Origin: an uncultured Christensenellaceae bacterium
GTDB taxonomy: Bacteria > Bacillota > Clostridia > Christensenellales > UBA3700
Reading direction: 5' to 3'
DNA length: 64,000 nucleotides
Assembly: GCA_944383895.1 (NCBI GenBank)
Contig: CALWRH010000008.1
Coordinates: 8,426 to 72,425 of the forward strand
The notes beneath the pieces are model-generated. The model saw only the letters and a list, made by a program, of their open reading frames with translations. It was not told where the DNA came from and made no database searches. The first letter of the stretch is position 1; every line of letters starts with the position of its first letter. Both the position numbers and the translations under genes were made by a program. Shown here piece by piece: positions 26,403-35,659 of this stretch.

Positions 26403-28337
26403 ATGAATTACAAACTCAAAGCCGGCAAAATCATCACTACCGGCAAAATGCACGAAAGAGCGTTTTACGACGTCAGCAACAACCGTATCACGGCGCAGTT
26501 CGACGGCAGAGGAGGTATCTCCAAATATGCCGTAATGAACAAGTTTTCCGTGTTCACCAATTATTATTCGATGTATACGGTAGACGGCGTGCCTTTCGAT
26601 TACATGGAAGACAAGGTGGTCACGATGGAAGGCAAAAAGCAGATCACCGAGATCGAACATGAAAAATGCAGGCTCAGGATCACGCAGTTCCTCGACAACG
26701 AGAGCAATGCGATATTCGTAGAAACTGCCGTAGAGGCAAAGTGCGATCTGACTTTCGACAACACCGTAAATTACGGCGTTAATTACGAAAGTTACGTTCA
26801 GCAGCTGCTTGCAAACAGACTCAGTCCCAAGACGATCGCGACAGTGCTCACGGGCTTTATCAAGAGCAAGAAGAACGGTCTGACTTTCAACGGACAAAGC
26901 GCGAAACTGCACGGCGACGTGCTCGGCGATTTTTATCTCGACTTTGCCATCAGCGAAGGCGCGCAGGCGGGCGAGGCAGAAAGAGGATTCCACAATCAGT
27001 TCTCTTACGGCGCGAAACTCCGCGCCGGCGAAGTGAGAAAGTTCAGATACGTCGTAAGCGCGGGTACGAGAAACGATTTTACCTTCTGCGACGTCATGGA
27101 TGCGCTCGGCAGGTTCGACAGCGCGCTCAAAGAGGCGGACAAGTATATCGAGAGTCTTTCTTGCCCTGCGTGCGTTAAAGGCGACGATTTTATGGAAACC
27201 TATTACAAGTCGCTTATCAACTGCAGTCTTTCCAACTATAAAGAGCTCGGCAAATTCAAGGGATTCCTTGCAGGCATAGTATATCAGTTTCCCGCGAGAA
27301 CGTATTATCGCGACGCGTATTGGACGGTGCTTTCCGTACTTCCGGTAAGACCCGAACTCGTCCGCAACGAGATCGTCACGCTTGCCAACGGCATCAACAA
27401 AAAAGGCGAGTGCCCGAGCGCGGTAAAATTCAACTTCAAGAATTATTGGGGCAACCATTACGATTCGCCGTCTTTCTTCGTAGCGATGATCTACGATTAC
27501 GTCGTACACACGGGCGATATCGGCGTGCTTAAAGAAGAGTGCGCGTGCGGTACCATAATCGAGGCGGCAAAACTCGTGCTCGACAGACTGGAAGAAGAAA
27601 CCGACGCTACGGGTCTTCTCGTCAAGGGCGGAGAATACAACCGCCGCGACTGGTGCGACAACGTTTTCCGCAGCACTTACGTTACTTACGACGAGGCTCT
27701 GTATGCCCGCGCTCTGTTTGCTATGAGCGAACTCTGCGACGCGTGCGGTATGGACGGCAATTCTTATTATTCAAAGTATGTCAAAGTCAAAAAGGCTATC
27801 AACGACCTTCTCTGGGACGAAGAAAAAGGCTATTACGTCAACTACAAGAGCAAGAATTTCTGCGAGGACAACCTGTCTATAGATACCGTCGTAGCAGTGC
27901 TTTTCGGCATCGCGGACGAAGAGAGATCCAAGCGAGTTCTCAAGAATATGGAAAAAATGCTCGAGTCGAAGAACAACAAAGAGCAGAGAGCGGGCGACTT
28001 CGGTACGCTCAGCGTATATCCGTTCTACAAGAACACCAAGGACATCGTGCAGAAATCTTCTTTGCCGTATTATTATCACAACGGCGGCGATTGGCCGTAT
28101 CTCTCATGCGTTTACGCTTATGCTAAGCTTATGTACGGCATGGATTACAAATATCCGCTCACGAGATGGTTCGAGTACAATCTCGATCAGGGCAATTATA
28201 CTCCCGTTGAGTTCTTCAGCCCGATACATCCGCAGGGCTCGTTGCTTCAGGCATGGTCGAGCACGGGTGCGTTCGTGCTTTCGTACATCGACGGCAACTT
28301 CTTCCGCAAACAGATCGCGGATAAACGCGTTAAATAA
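26403..28337 (+). CDS. six-hairpin (alpha/alpha)6 glycoside hydrolase, GDE_C/GH63-like
   Basis: 644 aa, no signal peptide. ARTYYRDAYWT, RRDWCDNVFRSTYVTYDEALYARAL and YYYHNGGDWPY resemble amylo-alpha-1,6-glucosidase/GH63-type catalytic domains. Family assignment is by eye only. Confidence 0.7.
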   Translation: MNYKLKAGKIITTGKMHERAFYDVSNNRITAQFDGRGGISKYAVMNKFSVFTNYYSMYTVDGVPFDYMEDKVVTMEGKKQITEIEHEKCRLRITQFLDNESNAIFVETAVEAKCDLTFDNTVNYGVNYESYVQQLLANRLSPKTIATVLTGFIKSKKNGLTFNGQSAKLHGDVLGDFYLDFAISEGAQAGEAERGFHNQFSYGAKLRAGEVRKFRYVVSAGTRNDFTFCDVMDALGRFDSALKEADKYIESLSCPACVKGDDFMETYYKSLINCSLSNYKELGKFKGFLAGIVYQFPARTYYRDAYWTVLSVLPVRPELVRNEIVTLANGINKKGECPSAVKFNFKNYWGNHYDSPSFFVAMIYDYVVHTGDIGVLKEECACGTIIEAAKLVLDRLEEETDATGLLVKGGEYNRRDWCDNVFRSTYVTYDEALYARALFAMSELCDACGMDGNSYYSKYVKVKKAINDLLWDEEKGYYVNYKSKNFCEDNLSIDTVVAVLFGIADEERSKRVLKNMEKMLESKNNKEQRAGDFGTLSVYPFYKNTKDIVQKSSLPYYYHNGGDWPYLSCVYAYAKLMYGMDYKYPLTRWFEYNLDQGNYTPVEFFSPIHPQGSLLQAWSSTGAFVLSYIDGNFFRKQIADKRVK

Positions 28338-28411
28338 TAACGTTTGAAACAAAGGACAAAAAAATCGTCTGAAAGACGTATCAACTAAAATATTATTAGG
28401 GAGGTTATGAG

Positions 28412-29986
28412 GTGGAAGACACGACAAACACCATCGATCAGGCAGGCACCCACGGAGGTGCTGTCGGAGAGGAAATTCTGAGTTCTGAAGACCAAAAGCT
28501 CATAAATCAGAAATTCCTCAAACCCAGAGATTACATACTGTTCTCTCTTGCGAGATTCGCAAGCAGTGCGGTAACGGGTCTCGTACAGGGTTATTTGCTG
28601 TTTTATTATACTGCGTGTATGGGCATTTCTCCGACTGCTGTCGGTACGATGTTCCTTATCACAAAGATCTTCGACGGACTCAATGACCCTGTAATGGGTA
28701 TCATCGTCGACAGAACGCGCACGAGATGGGGAAAAATGCGCCCGTATCTGGTGTTCGGCGCAGTGCCGTGGGCAGTAGTAACTATATTATTGTTCTGGCC
28801 TATTTCAAGTTGGAGCAGCGCCGGAAAAATAGTATGGATGTACATTACATATATCATGTACGACATTACGGGTACTATAGTAGGCGTTCCTCTTGACGGT
28901 ATGCCGGCAGTTGCGTCCCCGAATATGGACGAGCGTTCCAAGATCATTTCGATAAGCCGTATCCTCGGTTCTATCGGAGAGCAGTCCGCGCTTGTTCTTA
29001 TTTCGCTCGGTCTTATTCTTACAAACGACGACTATGCCAACACATATTTTGTCGTTGCGATCATCATCGGCATCCTCGGACCTCTGTTCATGGTCCTCGG
29101 CGGCGTAAGAGTCAAGGAAAGATGCGAACCTACCGAAACCACTCCGAGTCTTCTCGAAGGTTTCAAATACCTGTTCAAGAACAAACCGTTCTTGCTGCTT
29201 ATATTGTCCAACCTTCTGACGTTCTTCAGAAACCTCGTCAGTGCGGCAATAATGTACGTCGTTGCGTACATTTACAGCAACGGTTCATTGCAGATAGCGT
29301 TTGCTTTGCCGGGTGCTATCGCGTCAATGATAGGTATGTTGTTCGCGCCTAAACTCAAGCGCATGATGGACTCTAAAAAGCTGTTCATATTCGCAACGGT
29401 ATGGCACTCAGCGGCACTCGCTCTGATATTCTTTATATATATCATCGGCGGTACGAATTGGATACTTATCGCGGCGCTTATGTTCTTTGCAATGCTCCCC
29501 GTAGGCGTGCTCAACGTCGTTCCGCACCTTATGGCAACGGATACGCTCGACTATTGGGAAGACAAGTGCGGAGAACGTCTTGAAGGCATTACCTTCTCGC
29601 TTATGAGCTTGAGAAGTAAAGTTTCTTCAGGTTTCAAGGATTACTTCCTTTCATGGCTCCTTGCGTTCTTCCTGTTTGCTCAGCCGCTGTCCTTCCTTTC
29701 GGATCACAAGCCGGAGCAGACTGAATTTACCAAGATGGGATTGTTCATGATATTCACGATAATCCCTGCGATCACGAACCTTATTTCTATCGTTCCGATG
29801 TTGTTCTACAACCTTTCGGGCAAGAAGATGGCGCTTATCGAAGCAAGACTTGCGCATAAGAGAAAAGCGGAATACGACGCTAAAATGGCAGAACAAGCAG
29901 CTCTCGAAGGCGTGACCGAAGTTACGGCTGTCGTAGAAGAAGACGTAACGGTTCAGATCTCCGAAACCGAAGAAAAGGGGGAATAA
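28412..29986 (+). CDS. GPH-family (glycoside-pentoside-hexuronide) cation symporter
   Basis: DGLNDPVMGIIVDRTRTRWGKMRPY signature and about 12 TM helices. GTG start with SD GGGAGG. The family includes MelB and the glucuronide carrier GusB/UidB. Confidence 0.9.
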   Translation: MEDTTNTIDQAGTHGGAVGEEILSSEDQKLINQKFLKPRDYILFSLARFASSAVTGLVQGYLLFYYTACMGISPTAVGTMFLITKIFDGLNDPVMGIIVDRTRTRWGKMRPYLVFGAVPWAVVTILLFWPISSWSSAGKIVWMYITYIMYDITGTIVGVPLDGMPAVASPNMDERSKIISISRILGSIGEQSALVLISLGLILTNDDYANTYFVVAIIIGILGPLFMVLGGVRVKERCEPTETTPSLLEGFKYLFKNKPFLLLILSNLLTFFRNLVSAAIMYVVAYIYSNGSLQIAFALPGAIASMIGMLFAPKLKRMMDSKKLFIFATVWHSAALALIFFIYIIGGTNWILIAALMFFAMLPVGVLNVVPHLMATDTLDYWEDKCGERLEGITFSLMSLRSKVSSGFKDYFLSWLLAFFLFAQPLSFLSDHKPEQTEFTKMGLFMIFTIIPAITNLISIVPMLFYNLSGKKMALIEARLAHKRKAEYDAKMAEQAALEGVTEVTAVVEEDVTVQISETEEKGE

Positions 29987-29990
29987 TGCT

Positions 29991-31241
29991 ATGAAAAAGA
30001 AATATCTTATTTTATCTGCGGTAATTATTCTGACGGTAATTCTCGGCGTGATGTTTACGGGTTGTTCTCAGACAGAAGACGAGTATTATGCCGAAATGTA
30101 CGAGGATATAAAAGAGTTCAATACTCAGTACGGCAAGATACTCGACAACCTGTATAAAGCAAACTTCTCCGTAAGTTTCGATTTCAACACGCACTACAAC
30201 GCGTCGATAGAGAGAGGAACGGAAAACGAAAAAGGCTGGGACGCTTTTGAAAAGGCTTATAACGATTTCTATGAGTCAATAGGTATTCAGGATCCGAATT
30301 TCTTCGAAAAGCTTTTCGGTTCAAAGAGCGACGCTCAGAAGAATATAAACAGTTACAACTTCCAGACCAACGCCTGGATGGACGTTTATACTAAGGTCGA
30401 ATATAAGCAGAACGGCAGCAAAGATTTTTATCTCAAAGTAACCACTTATCCCGCTATATGGGAGAACTACTACGATTCACTTCTCGACGCTATCGAAGAT
30501 GAAAACGCTATAAAAGAAGGCAGAGAAAAACTCGAGAAGAAAGACGATAAAAACAACGTCGTATGGGACGTGGTCGAGGCTACTATTGCAGGCAAGACCG
30601 AAACCGTGATCAGAGTTACCGACGGCAAGGATGCAAACGGCAACGAGTACGACGGTATAGAAATGCTTTCTTCGATCGTAGGCATAGTTACAGGCGAAAT
30701 GCCCACTGACGACATCTACACCTTCAATAACGGCAACAAGATCTACACCAACGTTATGCAGGCGCAGTATATCACGGCATACAAGCTCACAGAAGAAACT
30801 CAGATAAAATATCCCGAAATCGACGCTCCGGACTATGGCACAAAAGAGTGGGAAGCGTTTGTCAACGGTATGCCCCAAATACTCTCGTCCTGGAACGCGA
30901 CCGCAAACACTATCTTTATGAACAACCTTGCGGCTATGGACGAATCTCTGCGAGTCGGATTGGAAGATAACGTCGACGAAAAATATTGGAGCAAGTTCGG
31001 AGAAGACGTTGTATATGATTGGGAAGAAGTAGGAGCAATGAAGCTCACGCGTTATACATACAACTACAACAAAAAGCACTCAAAATTAGAGCAGATCGAC
31101 TATTATGTCGAATACGTCAAACCGTATTTTACCGAAAAGAGTGCGGCAGACTCTAAACTCGAACTCAAAGGTGACGTTTATTATAAAACTCACATCGTTG
31201 CCGATTTCGAATATTCCGATTCTGCCATCAAACTTCCCTGA
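29991..31241 (+). CDS. lipoprotein of unknown function, last gene of the sugar operon
   Basis: MKKKYLILSAVIILTVILGVMFTGC lipobox. It starts 4 nt after the symporter stop. 416 aa, acidic, with no SBP motif I recognise. Confidence 0.8.
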   Translation: MKKKYLILSAVIILTVILGVMFTGCSQTEDEYYAEMYEDIKEFNTQYGKILDNLYKANFSVSFDFNTHYNASIERGTENEKGWDAFEKAYNDFYESIGIQDPNFFEKLFGSKSDAQKNINSYNFQTNAWMDVYTKVEYKQNGSKDFYLKVTTYPAIWENYYDSLLDAIEDENAIKEGREKLEKKDDKNNVVWDVVEATIAGKTETVIRVTDGKDANGNEYDGIEMLSSIVGIVTGEMPTDDIYTFNNGNKIYTNVMQAQYITAYKLTEETQIKYPEIDAPDYGTKEWEAFVNGMPQILSSWNATANTIFMNNLAAMDESLRVGLEDNVDEKYWSKFGEDVVYDWEEVGAMKLTRYTYNYNKKHSKLEQIDYYVEYVKPYFTEKSAADSKLELKGDVYYKTHIVADFEYSDSAIKLP

Positions 31242-31269
31242 AACCCTTCGGATTGAAAACGAAGACAGA

Positions 31270-31297
31270 GAAGGAGCCGCGTGCTCCTTCTTTTTTT
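31270..31297 (+). terminator. rho-independent terminator ending the 16-gene operon
   Basis: GAAGGAGC-CGCGT-GCTCCTTC followed by TTTTTTT. Confidence 0.85.
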
Positions 31298-31398
31298 GTT
31301 TGATAAAGCATATCCGAGAGAAAAATACGTTTGTTAACGGCGTAAACGGTTTGACAACGACTTACTTATGTATAATAATTAGTACGAGGAAAACTGCT

Positions 31399-33912
31399 AT
31401 GAAAAACGTAATTTTCAATATAGACGGCATGAGTTGCGTAGTGTGCAGCAGCAGCTGCAAAAAGGCGCTCCTCGCTCTTGACGGAGTAAAGCGCGCGGAC
31501 GTGAATTTCGCAAGCGGAAAAGCCGTAGTGGAATACGATGATAAAAAGCTTTCAGAGCAAGATCTCGCAGATGCAGTCGCAAAAGCGGGATACAAGGCGC
31601 GTTTTGCAAACAGAAAAGAGGAAAAGAAAACCGTCGATAAAGAATTGGTGTTTACGTTGCTGAGGGTAGTGCTCGGCGGCGCGCTTCTGCTATGGTCAAT
31701 GCTGCCTATGCTCGGAGTCGCTTATCCGTCTTCAATATCTCCTGAAGGCAATCCGTTCGTCTATGCGCTCGTGCAGATAATTCTCTGCGTGCCCGTAATG
31801 GCGCTCAGCTATAAGATATATTTCAGAGGGTACCGCAATCTTTTCAGGCTGGATCCCAATATGGATTCTCTCGTTGCGGTCAGCACGACGGCGGCGTTCT
31901 GTTACAGCATATACGGCTTTGTGCTTATATGCGGAGGGGACGCGCATGCCGTGCATCAGCTTTATTTCGAATCCGCTGCGGTCATCCTCGCGCTTATATC
32001 TCTCGGCAAATATCTCGAAAACCGCGCTCTCAGAAAGACGGGCAAGGCGATTGAAGAACTAACTAAACTCGCGCCCGATTACGCTACGGTGCTTAGAAAC
32101 GGAGAGTATATAGAGATACCGTCTGCCGAAGTCGCTCAAGGAGATATAGTCAGAGTGGCTGCGGGAGAGAGTTTCTGCTGCGACGGCGAGATAATAAAAG
32201 GTTCGTCGGCTGTACAGGAAAGCATGATCACGGGCGAGAGCCTTCCCGTAGACAAGAGCGTAGGCGACAAGGTGATAGGCGGCACCATAAACGGCAACGG
32301 AGTGATAGAATTCAGGGCTACGGGCGTAGGCGCGGATACGATGCTGTCAAAGATAATAAAGTTAGTTGAAAACGCGCAGAACTCGCGCGCGCCCATCGCA
32401 AAACTCGCAGACAAGGTCGCAAGGGTGTTTGTACCCGCGGTAATGGCGATAGCGGTTATTGCAAGCGTTGCATGGGCGATAGCGGGCAAGGACTCTGCGT
32501 TTGTCATAAAGATATTTGTCGCCGTGCTCACGATAGCATGTCCCTGCGCTCTCGGATTGGCAACGCCCACGGCAATTATCACGGGTAGCGGATGTGGCGC
32601 GAAATACGGCATACTGTTCAAGAACGCAGAGGCTCTCGAACAGACGGCTAAGGTAAATACCGTCGTGTTCGACAAGACGGGTACGATAACGGAAGGTGTG
32701 CCGAGAGTCGTAAAAACATATTCGGTAAACGGAAATGAAAATTATCTGATCGCATTGTGCGCAGCGGCGGAAAGCGCGAGCGCGCATCCGCTTGCAAAAG
32801 CAGTAGTCGACTATGCAAAAGAAAAAGAAGTCGCATATAAAGACGCCGACAATGTTGAAAATCTGAGCGGATTCGGTCTGAAAGCCGTTATTAACGGCAA
32901 AACCGTGCTGTGCGGCAAAAGCGCGCTGCTTGAAAATAGCGGTGTGGACATAACTCCGATAAAGAGTTATCTCGACGACTGTTACCAAAACGGCAGCAGC
33001 GTTATCGCCGTTGCGGAAGAGGGCAGAGCCGTAGGCTGCGTCGCGCTTGCGGACGGCGTAAAACAAAATGCGGAAAAGGCTGTAAGCGCGCTGAAAAAAC
33101 TCGGAATAAAGACGGTTATGCTCACGGGCGACAATGCAAAAGCCGCCGCGCATATCGCAAAGCAGGTCGGCATAGACGACGTGATAAGCGAAGTACTGCC
33201 CGAACAGAAAGCAGAGAAGATAAAAGAGCTCAAAGACGGCGGAGCGCACGTCGCGATGGTGGGAGACGGAATAAACGACGCTCCCGCGCTGACAGAGGCG
33301 CAGGTCGGCATTGCTGTCGGAGAGGGCAGCGACGTAGCGATAGAAAGCGCGGACGTGGTGCTCGTCGGAGGGGATATACTTGCGGTAGCGGACGCCGCGG
33401 AGATTGGCAAAGCGACTCTTCGCAACGTAAAAGAAAATCTTTTCTGGGCGTTCATATACAATATTCTCGGCATACCGTTCGCATGCGGCGTGGTTTACGC
33501 TTTCGGGGGACCGCTTCTCAGTCCTATGATCGCGGGGCTTGCGATGAGCTGTTCTTCTGTATGCGTAGTCCTGAACGCGCTCAGGTTGTCCTATTTTAAG
33601 CCTAAACGCTTGAAAAACGATAAAAAACGTGAGATAATAAACGATAACGAACAAGTCTGCACGGCTGCCTGCGTATCGGGTTGCCCTGCGGCAAAGGATA
33701 AAGTTATGAAAGCAGAAATAAAAGTAAACGGTATGATGTGCTCTCACTGCGAGGCGAGAGTTAATAAAGCAGTGCTTGCCGTAGACGGCGTGAAGTCTTG
33801 CGTCGCAAGCGCGCAGAACGGCAACGTGCAGGTAGAATACGACGAGAGCAAAGCATCGCTCGAGGCGATAAAGGACGCTATAAGAGCGCAGGACTACGAG
33901 GTGATCGACTGA
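31399..33912 (+). CDS. copA: heavy-metal (Cu+-type) P1B ATPase with N- and C-terminal HMA domains
   Basis: N-terminal HMA GMSCVVC, TM CPC (IACPCALGLATP), DKTGT, GDGINDAP, and a second HMA at the C-terminus (GMMCSHC). The track's 31105 start is an extension. Confidence 0.95.
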   Translation: MKNVIFNIDGMSCVVCSSSCKKALLALDGVKRADVNFASGKAVVEYDDKKLSEQDLADAVAKAGYKARFANRKEEKKTVDKELVFTLLRVVLGGALLLWSMLPMLGVAYPSSISPEGNPFVYALVQIILCVPVMALSYKIYFRGYRNLFRLDPNMDSLVAVSTTAAFCYSIYGFVLICGGDAHAVHQLYFESAAVILALISLGKYLENRALRKTGKAIEELTKLAPDYATVLRNGEYIEIPSAEVAQGDIVRVAAGESFCCDGEIIKGSSAVQESMITGESLPVDKSVGDKVIGGTINGNGVIEFRATGVGADTMLSKIIKLVENAQNSRAPIAKLADKVARVFVPAVMAIAVIASVAWAIAGKDSAFVIKIFVAVLTIACPCALGLATPTAIITGSGCGAKYGILFKNAEALEQTAKVNTVVFDKTGTITEGVPRVVKTYSVNGNENYLIALCAAAESASAHPLAKAVVDYAKEKEVAYKDADNVENLSGFGLKAVINGKTVLCGKSALLENSGVDITPIKSYLDDCYQNGSSVIAVAEEGRAVGCVALADGVKQNAEKAVSALKKLGIKTVMLTGDNAKAAAHIAKQVGIDDVISEVLPEQKAEKIKELKDGGAHVAMVGDGINDAPALTEAQVGIAVGEGSDVAIESADVVLVGGDILAVADAAEIGKATLRNVKENLFWAFIYNILGIPFACGVVYAFGGPLLSPMIAGLAMSCSSVCVVLNALRLSYFKPKRLKNDKKREIINDNEQVCTAACVSGCPAAKDKVMKAEIKVNGMMCSHCEARVNKAVLAVDGVKSCVASAQNGNVQVEYDESKASLEAIKDAIRAQDYEVID

Positions 33913-34940
33913 TGTTTGAAAAGATACAGACCATAATGTCTTCAGAAGAGCTGAAGACGCTTGTGCCGGTAAGCGCGGAGATCGCTGCGATAAAGGCAGA
34001 ACGCGACCGCGCCGTAATGGATATCATAGCGGGCAGAGATAAACGCATGCTCATGATAGTCGGACCTTGCTCTGCAGATAACGAAACCGCGGTATGCGAT
34101 TACGTTTCTCGTCTTGCCAAACTTGCAGACGAGATAAAAGAAAAGATATTCATCGTACCGAGAATATACACCAACAAGCCGCGCACCAAAGGAGAGGGAT
34201 ACAAGGGCATAATGCACAATCCTGACCCGCACAGAAAGGAAACGGATATACAGGCAGGCATAATAGCCTTGAGAAAGATGCATCTGAGAGCTATCTCCGA
34301 GAGCGGGCTTTCGGCGGCTGACGAAATGCTTTATCCCGAAAATCACGTCTATCTCGACGACCTTCTCACTTATGTCGCAGTGGGCGCGCGTTCTTCTGAA
34401 AACCAGCAGCACAGACTCGTGGCGAGCGGCGTCGATATCCCTGTCGGAATAAAAAACCCGATGAACGGCAGCATGCCCGTTACGCTCAACTCGATATACG
34501 CTGCGCAGATACCCAACGAATTCAAGTACAGAACGTACCAGGTAAGGACGCAGGGCAATCCTTATGCGCATGCGATACTGCGCGGCAGCGTAGACGTTTA
34601 CGGCAACAACATACCCAATTATCATTACGAGGATCTTATACGTTTCCACGATATGTATCTCGCGCAGAATCTTAAAAATCCCGCAGTGATAGTGGACACC
34701 AATCACTCCAACAGCGGCAAGAACTATATCGAGCAGATAAGGATAGTGAAAGAAGTCGTCGACAACATAAGACATTGCGATAAGATACGTTCGCTCGTAA
34801 AAGGTTTTCTCATTGAGAGCTACATACAGGACGGAGCGCAGAGCCCCGGCGGCGACGAATACGGCAAGTCTATCACAGATCCGTGCCTCGGGTGGGAAAA
34901 GACGAGAGATCTTCTTCTCGGCGTTGCGGACAAACTGTAA
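33912..34940 (+). CDS. 3-deoxy-7-phosphoheptulonate (DAHP) synthase, class I
   Basis: MLMIVGPCSADN and RIYTNKPRTKGEGYKG motifs. The ATG shares one base with the copA TGA (TGATG). Confidence 0.9.
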   Translation: MFEKIQTIMSSEELKTLVPVSAEIAAIKAERDRAVMDIIAGRDKRMLMIVGPCSADNETAVCDYVSRLAKLADEIKEKIFIVPRIYTNKPRTKGEGYKGIMHNPDPHRKETDIQAGIIALRKMHLRAISESGLSAADEMLYPENHVYLDDLLTYVAVGARSSENQQHRLVASGVDIPVGIKNPMNGSMPVTLNSIYAAQIPNEFKYRTYQVRTQGNPYAHAILRGSVDVYGNNIPNYHYEDLIRFHDMYLAQNLKNPAVIVDTNHSNSGKNYIEQIRIVKEVVDNIRHCDKIRSLVKGFLIESYIQDGAQSPGGDEYGKSITDPCLGWEKTRDLLLGVADKL

Positions 34941-34947
34941 AAACAGC

Positions 34948-34980
34948 AAAAAAACGACGGCTCACCCGTCGTTTTTTTTG
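34948..34980. terminator. bidirectional rho-independent terminator
   Basis: ACGACGG-CTCAC-CCGTCGT with an A-run before and a T-run after, between convergent genes. Confidence 0.85.
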
Positions 34981-34997
34981 TTATAATATTCTATTTT

Positions 34998-35492
34998 TCA
35001 GCGGATTATTTCGTCGACAATCTCGGCGACGTACATATCGTGATAATCCTTTTGAGGATACCATTTTCCTATATTGGTCTTGTCGACAAAACAATCTTCT
35101 TCAAGGGTCTGACGGTACATTTTTCTGCATATGAGCGTCAGGCTTGCCTCTTTGAATACGGGCGCGCCGTCTTTGTATTGGACGGTGAGTCCGCTCTTTT
35201 TGATCTTATCTTCGTCTTTTCCGGAAACTTTGCCCATATATCCGAGCATAGGCTTGTAGGATTCTTCAAAAAACGAAAGAGAGAAGTTTTCGGCGTCGTC
35301 GACGAATTTTTTGGTATACCTCTGCGGGCGTATGAATACGAAAGCGACTTTTTTGCCCCACAGTACGCCGAGCCCTCCCCAGGACGCCGTCATGGCGTTG
35401 GTATTTCCGTATTTATCCGTTGCGGCGACAAGCATCCATCTGTCACCTATGAGAGAGAATACGTCGTCTTTATTTATATGTTTTTTGTCCAT
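34998..35492 (-). CDS. flavin reductase-like FMN-binding protein
   Basis: 164 aa. NAMTASWGGLGVLWGKKVAFVFIRPQRYT resembles the flavin-reductase-like domain family. Confidence 0.75.
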   Translation of the reverse strand: MDKKHINKDDVFSLIGDRWMLVAATDKYGNTNAMTASWGGLGVLWGKKVAFVFIRPQRYTKKFVDDAENFSLSFFEESYKPMLGYMGKVSGKDEDKIKKSGLTVQYKDGAPVFKEASLTLICRKMYRQTLEEDCFVDKTNIGKWYPQKDYHDMYVAEIVDEIIR

Positions 35493-35564
35493 GTTTTTTA
35501 CCTCCGTAACTGCATTATAGCGCGCTTTTCGGCAAATTGCAACCGGCGTCGGTCATTGTCGGTA

Positions 35565-35592
35565 TTGACAAGCACGGTAGTTGTAATATAAT
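35565..35592 (+). promoter_or_regulatory. promoter
   Basis: TTGACA (35565-35570), 16 nt, TATAAT (35587-35592). Confidence 0.55.
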
Positions 35593-35659
35593 AAAATTGC
35601 AAAACTGTCGAAAAAAAGGCGTCGTCGCAGAGTGTACAGGTTAAAAGGAGGAGAGAGCC

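Noticed and set aside
31105-31398. N-terminal extensions of track ORFs (also 14582-14767, 22016-22450, 33798-33911, 39605-39688, 42864-42959, 46953-47099, 51349-51390, 52167-52295, 53664-53759, 56706-56729)
   Set aside because: The extensions overlap the preceding gene, a terminator or a riboswitch. Internal ATGs with an SD give native-looking N-termini such as signal peptides or conserved family starts.
31330-31398. Possible CopY (TACAnnTGTA) or CsoR operator upstream of copA
   Set aside because: Only the partial match TACTTATGTA overlaps the -10 region. There is no GC-rich CsoR-type palindrome and no regulator gene nearby.
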